This document shows positions 49,530-58,539 of a DNA stretch of 64,000 nucleotides, in pieces. The notes below the pieces were generated by a model. The model saw only the letters and a list, made by a program, of their open reading frames with translations, made no database searches and was not told the origin of the DNA. How positions within the stretch are numbered: position 1 is the stretch's first letter; every line of letters starts with the position of its first letter. A program made the translations under genes and the position numbers. The stretch is from IMG/VR virus record IMGVR_UViG_3300032246_003079. One strand, written 5' to 3'. This DNA is from a virus.

Positions 49530-51401
49530 ATGGGAGCATTATTAGAATCAGGTCTTGTTGGTAACATCGGGTTAAAACACCTTAAAGTTATCAAAGAAGA
49601 TACAATTAACAAATGGGATAGATTAGGATTCCTAGACGGTCTTAAAGGACACATCAAAGAGAACATGGCACAGTTATATGAAAACCAAGCGTCTCACCTA
49701 ATTAACGAAGCTGCGTCTTCAGATAGTTCAGGTTCTTTCGAAACTGTAGTTTTCCCTATCGTTAGACGTGTATTCTCTAAATTATTGGCTAATGATTTAG
49801 TATCGGTACAAGCAATGAACTTACCTATCGGTAAATTGTTCTACTTTATCCCTAAAATCCAAGGATATTCTGGTGGTACTATTACAGATACTTTAGGAGT
49901 TGTTTCAGGTGACCATTATGCACCTGTCGGTTCACCAAATAATCCAGCCGGTAATACACAAGCAGGATACACAACAGGAACAGGTTCTTACAACTCAACT
50001 TACCAAAAAAATCTTTATGATTTATTTTATGAAGGTGCTGAGCCAGGATTAAATCCAGCGGGTTTATTTGATTACTCAAAAGGTCAATTTGTAACTGTAA
50101 CTGGTAGTACACCTACAGTTGCTTGGTCTAACGGAGCGTTAATTGCTTCAGCATATACAACAAGTACTAACTTAGAATACAGAAAAATCTTAGTTGCCTT
50201 ATCTGGATTTACAAATGCCGGTCTTGGAAAACTTATCGGTCCTGATGGTCAAGAAATTGATACAGAATCTTTCTTATCAAATCTTGTACTTTATACTGCC
50301 GATGCTACAGCAGCTTCAAACCTTGGTACATCTACTTTCACGCCACTACTTTATAGAGTTGTTACTCAAAAGTATGGTCAAGGAATTGTAGGACCTACTT
50401 CAACTTTAACACAAGCACCTTTTAACACATCAAGCACAGGAGGTAATGGTGGTTACTATGACAACGTTTGTTCTCAAACAGGATTTATCTACTTGGAAAT
50501 CGATGCTCAAGTACCTGTATGTGTTTCTTGTTCTAACGCAGCAACAATCGACGGATATTCAGGAGCAACTTTAACTGCATCTTCTTGGTCAGGTGCCGGT
50601 GCGAACACAGTTATTAAAGCGGCTTGGAGACGTTACCAAGAATTGGAATTTGAAGACAAAATTGGTGAGGTTTCTTTTGACCTTGAGTCAGTAACTGTAT
50701 CTGTTACAGAAAGAAAACTAAGAGCACAATGGTCTCCTGAATTAGCACAAGACGTTTCTGCATTCCATAACATTGATGCTGAAGCTGAATTAACAGCTTT
50801 ATTATCTGAGCAAGTGGCAGCAGAAATTGACCGTGAAATTCTTCGTGACTTACGTAAAGGGGCGGCTTGGAACTTACGTTGGGATTACAACGGATGGAGA
50901 AGATTATCTAACACAACTTCTTACACTCAAAAAGACTGGAACCAAACTTTGATTACAGCAATCAACCAATTGTCTGCACAAATCCACAAATCTACTTTGA
51001 GAGGTGGAGCAAACTGGATTGTTGTTTCTTCTGAGGTTTCTGCAATCTTTGATGATTTAGAATACTTCCACGTATCTAACGCATCTCCTGAGCAAGACCA
51101 ATACAACATGGGTATTGAAAGAGTTGGTACATTAGCAGGTCGTTACCAAGTATACCGTGACCCTTACTTCCCAGCAAACCAAGTATTGTTAGGACACAAA
51201 GGAACATCATTGTTAGATACAGGTTACGTTTACGCACCATATGTACCTCTACAATTAACACCTACAATGTACAACCCATTCAACTTTACACCTATTAAAG
51301 GTATTATGACAAGATACGCTAAGAAAATGGTTAATAACCGTTTCTACGGACGTATCACAGTTGATGGTGTTCGTTCATTCGACTTAAATGAATTGAGATA
51401 A
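49530..51401 (+). CDS. major capsid protein (T4 gp23-like) with large internal insertion
   Basis: LLANDLVSVQAM, RKLRAQWSPELAQD, DAEAELTALLSEQVAAEIDREI, YAPYVPL and KGIMTRY. Confidence 0.95.
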   Translation: MGALLESGLVGNIGLKHLKVIKEDTINKWDRLGFLDGLKGHIKENMAQLYENQASHLINEAASSDSSGSFETVVFPIVRRVFSKLLANDLVSVQAMNLPIGKLFYFIPKIQGYSGGTITDTLGVVSGDHYAPVGSPNNPAGNTQAGYTTGTGSYNSTYQKNLYDLFYEGAEPGLNPAGLFDYSKGQFVTVTGSTPTVAWSNGALIASAYTTSTNLEYRKILVALSGFTNAGLGKLIGPDGQEIDTESFLSNLVLYTADATAASNLGTSTFTPLLYRVVTQKYGQGIVGPTSTLTQAPFNTSSTGGNGGYYDNVCSQTGFIYLEIDAQVPVCVSCSNAATIDGYSGATLTASSWSGAGANTVIKAAWRRYQELEFEDKIGEVSFDLESVTVSVTERKLRAQWSPELAQDVSAFHNIDAEAELTALLSEQVAAEIDREILRDLRKGAAWNLRWDYNGWRRLSNTTSYTQKDWNQTLITAINQLSAQIHKSTLRGGANWIVVSSEVSAIFDDLEYFHVSNASPEQDQYNMGIERVGTLAGRYQVYRDPYFPANQVLLGHKGTSLLDTGYVYAPYVPLQLTPTMYNPFNFTPIKGIMTRYAKKMVNNRFYGRITVDGVRSFDLNELR

Positions 51402-51423
51402 TCAATTTAAAGGTTAATACAAG

Positions 51424-51454
51424 AAAAAGGTCAGATTTATCTGACCTTTTTTTT
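51424..51454 (+). terminator. intrinsic terminator after the capsid gene
   Basis: aaaaaggtcaga-ttta-tctgaccttttttt. Confidence 0.85.
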
Positions 51455-51475
51455 ATTAATCAAATATTTATTAAT

Positions 51476-52201
51476 ATGATTGATTATATAATTAAAAAAA
51501 TTTTAAAGGAAGCAACTTCTACAAGTACGGGTTCAAGAGGAAGTTACATAGCACCATTAATTCCTGGTGAAAGATATTTCAAACCAAACGTGTTATCACC
51601 ATTTACAGTTTCCGGTTCAAAATACAAAAGTCCTGATTTATCTTATGATTCATATGATGGTAAAATGGAAAGAACTAAAAAACAAATAGGTAAAGAAGAA
51701 AGAATTGCAAATAAAATTTATAACTATATTAAAAATCACCCTAACGCAACATTTAGTGATGAAGACGGTAATATAATTAATCAATATCCCGGTAAAGGTA
51801 AAACGATAGTACCAATTAAAGAATGGGTAGAATTAGATAAAATTACACTTAATGAAGATTTGGCCGTATGGTTTGGTAAAAAGAAAAAACCAAAAGGTTC
51901 ATCTCAACCAAAAGGCCCATGGGTAAATATTTGTAGAAAAGTTGACGGTAAACATCCCCCTTGTGGTAGACCTGATACAAATAAAGGAGCATACCCAAAA
52001 TGTAGAGCTGCTGGAGTTGCAGGTAAAATGAGTGATTCAGAAAAAAGAGCGGCTTGTCAACAAAAAAGAAAGGCGGAGTCCAAAGACACACAAACGGGTA
52101 AAGGTCAAAAACCTATTATGACTTCATACAAACCAAAAAAGAAAAGGACCCAAAATGAGTCCTTAGATATTATTATTAATCGTATATTGAATAATATTTA
52201 A
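51476..52201 (+). CDS. basic Cys-containing protein with leader MIDYIIKKILKE (candidate internal head protein)
   Basis: LNEDLAVWF...WVNIC...PCGR...YPKCR domain, of a kind seen in large DNA viruses. Confidence 0.6.
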   Translation: MIDYIIKKILKEATSTSTGSRGSYIAPLIPGERYFKPNVLSPFTVSGSKYKSPDLSYDSYDGKMERTKKQIGKEERIANKIYNYIKNHPNATFSDEDGNIINQYPGKGKTIVPIKEWVELDKITLNEDLAVWFGKKKKPKGSSQPKGPWVNICRKVDGKHPPCGRPDTNKGAYPKCRAAGVAGKMSDSEKRAACQQKRKAESKDTQTGKGQKPIMTSYKPKKKRTQNESLDIIINRILNNI

Positions 52202-52650
52202 CAATAAGGTGGTGAACACCTTTTTTTACCGTCTAACCCTTTTACTTTACCTTTACATACTTGGACAGCATGACTATTACTATAAGCTGAGGGGTACACG
52301 TCATACTTTGCCTTTGCAGATGCCTTACCACGGGCACATAATTTAGTTCCGGTTTTTTTTCTTCCCTCCATCATAACCACGTCATCATCCATTTCCATAC
52401 CATCTCTTTCCGTCTCATTCATTAAAAAATCAAAAACTTGGTCCATATTGTTTTTTGCTTCAGCAATATGGTCTTGAGCCCAATCGTGACCATTTTCTAA
52501 AATGTTTTCTATCATAGAATGGTCCATATCTAATAATATTTCACATTGTCTTTTCATTTGTTCTAAATTAGAAAAGAACATATATCTTGAAGAATTTTCT
52601 TCTTGTGTCTCTCTAATTACTTTTTTAATAATATAATCTAAATTTTTCAT
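52198..52650 (-). CDS. protein with leader MKNLDYIIKKVIRE and basic C-terminal domain (DUF5872-like)
   Basis: LCARGKASAKAKYDVYPSAYSN..AVQVCKG. Confidence 0.55.
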   Translation of the reverse strand: MKNLDYIIKKVIRETQEENSSRYMFFSNLEQMKRQCEILLDMDHSMIENILENGHDWAQDHIAEAKNNMDQVFDFLMNETERDGMEMDDDVVMMEGRKKTGTKLCARGKASAKAKYDVYPSAYSNSHAVQVCKGKVKGLDGKKRCSPPYC

Positions 52651-52654
52651 TTTT

Positions 52655-52837
52655 TTAAGAATTTAATCCGTTAAATCCGCCAATAGTCACCATATTCAAC
52701 TGAACAACAGTTCCTCCTGTAAAATCACTATAATTAGGGTGTGGTGGTTTCACAACAACAACAGAACTCCCTGTTCCTCCTGTTGTACATATATATTCAC
52801 ATATTGTGACTTCGGTATTTGCGCTTGTAGTTGCCAT
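52655..52837 (-). CDS. small virion protein
   Basis: 60 aa. TATTTAT at 52846-52852. Confidence 0.5.
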   Translation of the reverse strand: MATTSANTEVTICEYICTTGGTGSSVVVVKPPHPNYSDFTGGTVVQLNMVTIGGFNGLNS

Positions 52838-52857
52838 TTTATTTTATAAATATACGT

Positions 52858-54339
52858 TTATTTTTTATTTACAATTTGAAACTGTAATTCTCTTTTATAA
52901 GTATCAACATTTCTATCACTTACAACTTTAATATCAACAAAATATTCATTTGGTATTTTATCTGTGGTGTCAAAGATAAAATAAAAACCGTCAGGGACTT
53001 CATTTACTCTTGTCCAATCTTGTACTTGAACTTCAGTACTTGCACCCTCTCTTACATAAATTCTATAATATGCCTCTACTGTTGTTAGTGGTGTATTTGT
53101 GGAATACGCTTGTTTTATTATTACGTTGACTTTTCTTATGTCAGTATTTAATACTTTTTCGTTTTGTCTAATTCCATTAAATTCAAAACCATAAATTTTT
53201 GGTTGTTGAGTTACAGAACCTATTTGGAAGTTTCCATTTTTAGCCAATAATGCAAATTCTAAAGTCACGTTAGATATTGACGTAGAACTTACTGACAATC
53301 CTTTCCAAACATCATAATATAAACAAGGTGTTGTTGATGCTGTTAAATTGTTTATTGAACACTTGTATACTCCTTTGGTTACTTGACAAGTGGATAATCC
53401 TGTGAATCCTGATACTGCAACACCATTTAAATTAAATATATCAACTGTTGGTAAATTGTCTAAATTAACTGCGTTTCCATTTTCATAGACATACAAATAC
53501 AATTCATTATTATTACCTGAATAAAATTTGTTTCTATCATCAATAATTAAATCGTTATAATTGGTTTCTAAAAATGGTTCATAAAAAGTTTGAGTGTGAG
53601 GGGAGAAAAATCCTACCGAATAATTTTCTGTTAAACCACTAATATTTTCAACATCAGGATAAAATGCAATTCCCCATCCTGTGACACCAGTTAATGTACC
53701 ATTTAAAATGTTATTTATTTCATTTGTCATGTTAAATTCAATATCCTCATTACCAAATTCAAAATGTTGTGTTGATACGATTGTCAACGCCGAGTAATTC
53801 AATCCCGTTAAAGAACCAATTTTTGAGTTGGTATTATCATAGATACCATTAACACTCCAACCACTTATCGTTGTTGTTTCAAACCAATTGGAAGGTCTTT
53901 GTGAATATGACCTATCATTTAAGTTTGTTACTTGATAATCGTAGTAATCATATCCAACACCGCTGTCCCAATTTTGAGGAACACCTGATTTTCCTAAAGT
54001 TTTTGGTATTCTAAATAGAACTAAGTCAAAAGATGTTGCTCTTCTTCTTCCTTGTGATGTTGTTGAATTTAAAAGATTTTCATCAAAATATGACGTATTT
54101 GTCATTCTTAAAGTGTGAGTAAAGTTTGTTCCACATCCTGAAGTGATAATTTTATCTGATATTCTTGACTGTAAATCCGTTAAATCTAAGTCAAAAATAT
54201 ATCTACTAAACCCTGTAGGTGCATTCAAATTATCAACACGACCGTAGAACAACTCAACAATAGGGTTTCTACCTGTGTTGGTGTAACTATTTTGTATTAG
54301 AGTATTACTTTTATCGAAATATGACCTGTAAATTGACAT
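52858..54339 (-). CDS. virion structural protein (tail/baseplate region)
   Basis: 493 aa, beta-rich, Thr/Asn/Gly-rich. TATTTAT at 54355-54361. Confidence 0.6.
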   Translation of the reverse strand: MSIYRSYFDKSNTLIQNSYTNTGRNPIVELFYGRVDNLNAPTGFSRYIFDLDLTDLQSRISDKIITSGCGTNFTHTLRMTNTSYFDENLLNSTTSQGRRRATSFDLVLFRIPKTLGKSGVPQNWDSGVGYDYYDYQVTNLNDRSYSQRPSNWFETTTISGWSVNGIYDNTNSKIGSLTGLNYSALTIVSTQHFEFGNEDIEFNMTNEINNILNGTLTGVTGWGIAFYPDVENISGLTENYSVGFFSPHTQTFYEPFLETNYNDLIIDDRNKFYSGNNNELYLYVYENGNAVNLDNLPTVDIFNLNGVAVSGFTGLSTCQVTKGVYKCSINNLTASTTPCLYYDVWKGLSVSSTSISNVTLEFALLAKNGNFQIGSVTQQPKIYGFEFNGIRQNEKVLNTDIRKVNVIIKQAYSTNTPLTTVEAYYRIYVREGASTEVQVQDWTRVNEVPDGFYFIFDTTDKIPNEYFVDIKVVSDRNVDTYKRELQFQIVNKK

Positions 54340-54362
54340 TAAACTATTTTATATATAAATAG

Positions 54363-55952
54363 TTAGTTAATTCGAATATTACTGTTTAAAACTTTTTGAT
54401 ATGCTTCTAACATTTTTTTGGTCAATTCATCTATACTTGTACCATCATACGAAACTCCTGATGGTGGTAATAATGGGTACGGGTGTACGTGACTAACTAA
54501 AAACCCAACGATTGATTCTAAAAGTTCCAACAATTCTTCTCCTCTAACCATCGATGAGGTTTTAGGTTCTATTTCATCAAAAACTTGTTCAGGACTTATC
54601 CCTCCAACAGAACCAGATAAGGTAATTTTACCCTGTGAATTTTCTGAATCATGTGAAAGTAAATATAACTGAGACGCTCCAATCAACCCGACCGTATTAT
54701 CTATTTCTTCAGTATCGATTGGTGTAAAAACTTCTCTTGATGGTAAAAATGGTAATTCAGGACTAACCTTTCTATCTAATACCAACCCATAACCAGGACT
54801 AATATCTGTTGTAGTTATCAAAACTTTTGATAATAACTGATTCATATTTGTAAAATCAGTTATATTGTTTTGGTCGGGTAATGATTTTATAATATTTCTA
54901 ATTCTTTTTGAAGGTCTATAATAAAAAGGGAATTGTAGTTCGTTACTTGAATTATTATTTGAACCTACATTCGCGTTAGTTGGTATATTTGATATTAAAA
55001 TACTTGGATTATCTTTTAGTGCGACAACTTGGTCTGAAACAAACTTTGCAAAATCATCAACACCTAATGGTGAATCAATTTTTATTATTCTTACTTTAGA
55101 TAAAGTTGTTCCAGTTATTTCTGAGTCCCATTCAAATTGGTTTGTTTTTGTTGATTTTGATTCTTTGTCGGGTAATTGATAAATTGTTACGTCTCCTTGA
55201 AAAACTTGTGGAGCACTTTCAGGGTTATAAACATCATACTCTAAAAGATATTTTATTTGTTGTTCATTTCTTTGTAATCTAATATAAGACTTAGGGTCAC
55301 CATATTTTAATTTATTTGTAAATTTTGATAATTGAACAAACGCCCTATTATCATCATAATCGGGAATTTCGCCTGTTTTAAATGGTTTATGTTTTCCAGC
55401 TCTTAATAATAAATCGTTATTTTTTATTATCATATCAGAAGTTCCTCTACCTCTAATTGATATATCTTCAGGTTCAGGAAATACACCAGCATTATTATTA
55501 TTAGGGTAATTTTTAGAGTATGGGTCTTTGATATTTGGTAAACTCGCTCTTGAGTTAGAATTACCCATATCAGTATGGGTTCTTGAAGACCTATAATCTT
55601 CTTTAAAAATTGTGGTTGGTGATGAGTATGGTCCGACTAAATAAAATCTATTTCTACCTTTAGTTAGTTTATTATTAAAGTAAATAATCATAACTGTCTC
55701 ATCTACTTTTGGAACTTGATTAACAAAATAAGGTAAAAAAGGTAAAAATATAAAAGGGTCCTTTTCACCCCAAGGACCATTTAACGTATTTTTACTGTTT
55801 TCGTCAAACCCTTGCTTTGCCCCTTCCATTGCTTGAATATTTTCTTGTATAGGTTTACATCGTATTCTTCCAAGCATTAATGGGTCTTGATTGTCAACAC
55901 AGACACCAAAAAATATTATTTGACTATCCTGTAGAGGGTCGTTTTCAGGCAT
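54363..55952 (-). CDS. baseplate hub/spike protein (T4 gp5/VgrG-like OB-fold)
   Basis: GVCVDNQDPLMLGRIRC...VPKVDETV N-terminus and a C-terminal HVHP metal-binding motif. Confidence 0.72.
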   Translation of the reverse strand: MPENDPLQDSQIIFFGVCVDNQDPLMLGRIRCKPIQENIQAMEGAKQGFDENSKNTLNGPWGEKDPFIFLPFLPYFVNQVPKVDETVMIIYFNNKLTKGRNRFYLVGPYSSPTTIFKEDYRSSRTHTDMGNSNSRASLPNIKDPYSKNYPNNNNAGVFPEPEDISIRGRGTSDMIIKNNDLLLRAGKHKPFKTGEIPDYDDNRAFVQLSKFTNKLKYGDPKSYIRLQRNEQQIKYLLEYDVYNPESAPQVFQGDVTIYQLPDKESKSTKTNQFEWDSEITGTTLSKVRIIKIDSPLGVDDFAKFVSDQVVALKDNPSILISNIPTNANVGSNNNSSNELQFPFYYRPSKRIRNIIKSLPDQNNITDFTNMNQLLSKVLITTTDISPGYGLVLDRKVSPELPFLPSREVFTPIDTEEIDNTVGLIGASQLYLLSHDSENSQGKITLSGSVGGISPEQVFDEIEPKTSSMVRGEELLELLESIVGFLVSHVHPYPLLPPSGVSYDGTSIDELTKKMLEAYQKVLNSNIRIN

Positions 55953-56173
55953 TATATATTATTTGTTCTCTTATTTATTTCTTCTAAAATTTTGTTATAA
56001 CTATTTTCAGTGGTGTCCAAATGGTGAGTTAATTTGAGTATTAAATCCTTTGTTTTTTCAAAATCTTGATATAAAAATCCCAAAACCTCAATTAATTCTT
56101 TATTGGGTCTTTTTTTATACTCAGATAAAACTTCCAAAACTTTTTCGGATGATATTTTAATATGATTTTCCAA
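55952..56173 (-). CDS. small coiled-coil hypothetical protein
   Basis: 73 aa, translationally coupled. Confidence 0.55.
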   Translation of the reverse strand: MENHIKISSEKVLEVLSEYKKRPNKELIEVLGFLYQDFEKTKDLILKLTHHLDTTENSYNKILEEINKRTNNI

Positions 56174-58145
56174 CTCCTTTTGATGGTAATGTAATACCTG
56201 CCGGTGTCATAGTCAATGGCGGAATAAAAATTTCCGTTTTCCCATTTTCCGCTTGTTCTTGATTCAATCCCTTTACCATTGACATCATGGACATATTCAT
56301 AAAGTTAGGTCCGCCATCAGGAGCCCCACCTGTGGGTAGACCTTGTTTCTGAAGGTTCTCAATTACATTAGAAAATGCTCTAGTATCAGAAACCCCACCT
56401 AGTAGTGATGACCCTGCCAATATAAATTGGGGTAGTCCTAAGCTTAATTGTGAAAGACCTAAATTTAAAAGTTTCAATATTTCGTCTATAACACTTTTAC
56501 AATTTCTAAAATCCACAACGGCCTGACCAACAACTAATAAAATGTATACTATTGATGCATACATCCTAATTTGTTTATTTTTTGCTTCCTTAACAACCTC
56601 CAATAAAATTGTTTCGACTAAAGCTTTAATTTGTTTTTTTAGTATTTTAAATAATTCTTCAACAAAAATAGATGTAATTTTTTTCATAAAATTCAAAATA
56701 AACTTTTTGAATGTTTTCATGAAGTTTGTTAAATCATCAAATAAGTCATCTAATTTTTCTGATATTTCATTTTTTATTCCTTTAACCATTATTAAAAAAC
56801 CTAACATAACTTTAGGTGATAATATTGTTTTTAAAATCATTCTTGGAAGACCTAAAATAATATTACTTTGAAGTGATGCCAATAAGTTTAAATTTAAACC
56901 AAGACCAGGAACTAAAGATTTCCATTTTGGGTCATTTGCAATATCCTCTAATGACTTTTCAAATTTTTCTATTTTAGAATTATTTGAGTTTTCATTAATA
57001 ATTTCATCTTGAGATTTTCTATCGGCTAAAACATCTATTGGTAATTTAATTCCTTCACAACCTTCAAACTCAACGACACCGTCAATAGTATTATTAACTT
57101 TTTGTTCAATAACCATTAATTCTTGGTTTGTAACATCAAAAAAAGAATCATCAATTTCATCTATATCACTAAGTTTTGATGTTCCTGCGACATCAATTTT
57201 TTTATTTGGGTCTTCGCAAATTCCCATAATTCTTTTTAAAACAGTCATGAATTTGCTCTGTTCCTTTAGTTCGTCACTACTTAAACCTGCAGAAAAATCA
57301 AAAGAACCCGTAAGTAAATTTTTTAAGTTTACTGATAAATTATCAAAAGGCATAATGTCTATACTTGTATAATAGTCTTGTAAAAAATCAGTAACTGACG
57401 TTCTATTATTAGCTTGATTATTTAAGGTCACTTTGAAAAAGTCACCAGTAACTTGTAAGTTGTTTGGACCCAAATAATTCTGGACGTATTGTATATCAAA
57501 AATTTGGGATTGTGATGCTCCTTGATATGTTTGACCATTACCTCCCGTATTATCTTGTGAAAAGGATTGTGATGGGTTTTGTAATCTTTTATAAAGTTGT
57601 TGATTCATTGCATATGGAAATGAACCATTATTTGTAGTATTTTTTTCGTATTGATATTTGAAATCTTCGTCATCAGGTGAATTTTTTAATATTTTAAATA
57701 AATCCACTTGATTAACTTTTATATAAATTGGTTGGTTAGCAACGCTACCATATGATTGTTCTTCAGAGCACCCTATCGTTGAAACTATTTCACTTACTAA
57801 TGTTTCTTGTATTTTTGATTTTGTGTTTGTCGCCGCTTGTAAAAAAACTTTAGTTAAAAGTTTTAAAGATGACCCACCACCACTTGGTAAAGTTGCTTTA
57901 AATAACTCTAAAAGTTGTTCTAACTGACTTTTTATTTCATTTTTTATTTGATTTTTTTTGTCTTGACCGCCTTTTTTTAAATCATTAATTGATTTTTGAA
58001 CTTCGCTTTTTTTCTTATCAGTACTGGCTTTTGTTTTTTCTTTTTGTTGTTTTTTGTCGTCTTCCTTACTTTGTTTTACGGTTTGGTAAGCGCTAATTTT
58101 ACTTTTAGCTTGCGAATAACCTTCATTGATGTCTAAATTTGCCAT
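56157..58145 (-). CDS. large hypothetical (probable baseplate/tail) protein
   Basis: 662 aa, co-transcribed with the gp5-like gene. Confidence 0.55.
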   Translation of the reverse strand: MANLDINEGYSQAKSKISAYQTVKQSKEDDKKQQKEKTKASTDKKKSEVQKSINDLKKGGQDKKNQIKNEIKSQLEQLLELFKATLPSGGGSSLKLLTKVFLQAATNTKSKIQETLVSEIVSTIGCSEEQSYGSVANQPIYIKVNQVDLFKILKNSPDDEDFKYQYEKNTTNNGSFPYAMNQQLYKRLQNPSQSFSQDNTGGNGQTYQGASQSQIFDIQYVQNYLGPNNLQVTGDFFKVTLNNQANNRTSVTDFLQDYYTSIDIMPFDNLSVNLKNLLTGSFDFSAGLSSDELKEQSKFMTVLKRIMGICEDPNKKIDVAGTSKLSDIDEIDDSFFDVTNQELMVIEQKVNNTIDGVVEFEGCEGIKLPIDVLADRKSQDEIINENSNNSKIEKFEKSLEDIANDPKWKSLVPGLGLNLNLLASLQSNIILGLPRMILKTILSPKVMLGFLIMVKGIKNEISEKLDDLFDDLTNFMKTFKKFILNFMKKITSIFVEELFKILKKQIKALVETILLEVVKEAKNKQIRMYASIVYILLVVGQAVVDFRNCKSVIDEILKLLNLGLSQLSLGLPQFILAGSSLLGGVSDTRAFSNVIENLQKQGLPTGGAPDGGPNFMNMSMMSMVKGLNQEQAENGKTEIFIPPLTMTPAGITLPSKGVGKSY

Positions 58146-58519
58146 TATTTTTCAAGTGTAAAATTATTGTCGTTATTTTGACTAATGTCTTTTTGAATTA
58201 AATTTTGAAGAACAGTTTCGTCCATATCAGACAATGAAAAATTTTCTTCTTTAGAGCTGTTAGATTTTTCCCAAATTGTAGATTGAAGTTTAGAAAGACT
58301 TAACTTTTTTTCAATAGTGTCGTTGATAATTTTTTGTTGTTCTTTTATAACGGGACCAATAACGGTCATATCTTCAGCATCTTTAAGAAGTGCTAACATT
58401 TTATTTTGAATCCTAATAGCCGTTGACCTTTGTTCAACTAATTCGTTGTATATTTCTTGCATTAACCCCAATACTGAATCTTTGTTTAATGCAATTTCTT
58501 TTTTTCTCTTTCTATCCAT
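58145..58519 (-). CDS. coiled-coil hypothetical protein
   Basis: Start reassigned to ATG 58519, 5 nt after TATTTAT (58525-58531). Confidence 0.55.
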   Translation of the reverse strand: MDRKRKKEIALNKDSVLGLMQEIYNELVEQRSTAIRIQNKMLALLKDAEDMTVIGPVIKEQQKIINDTIEKKLSLSKLQSTIWEKSNSSKEENFSLSDMDETVLQNLIQKDISQNNDNNFTLEK

Positions 58520-58539
58520 AATCAATAAATAGATAAATT

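Noticed and set aside
41642-51401. Introns or inteins in terminase, portal or capsid genes
   Set aside because: The ORFs are uninterrupted and no intein splice motifs or embedded endonuclease domains were seen.
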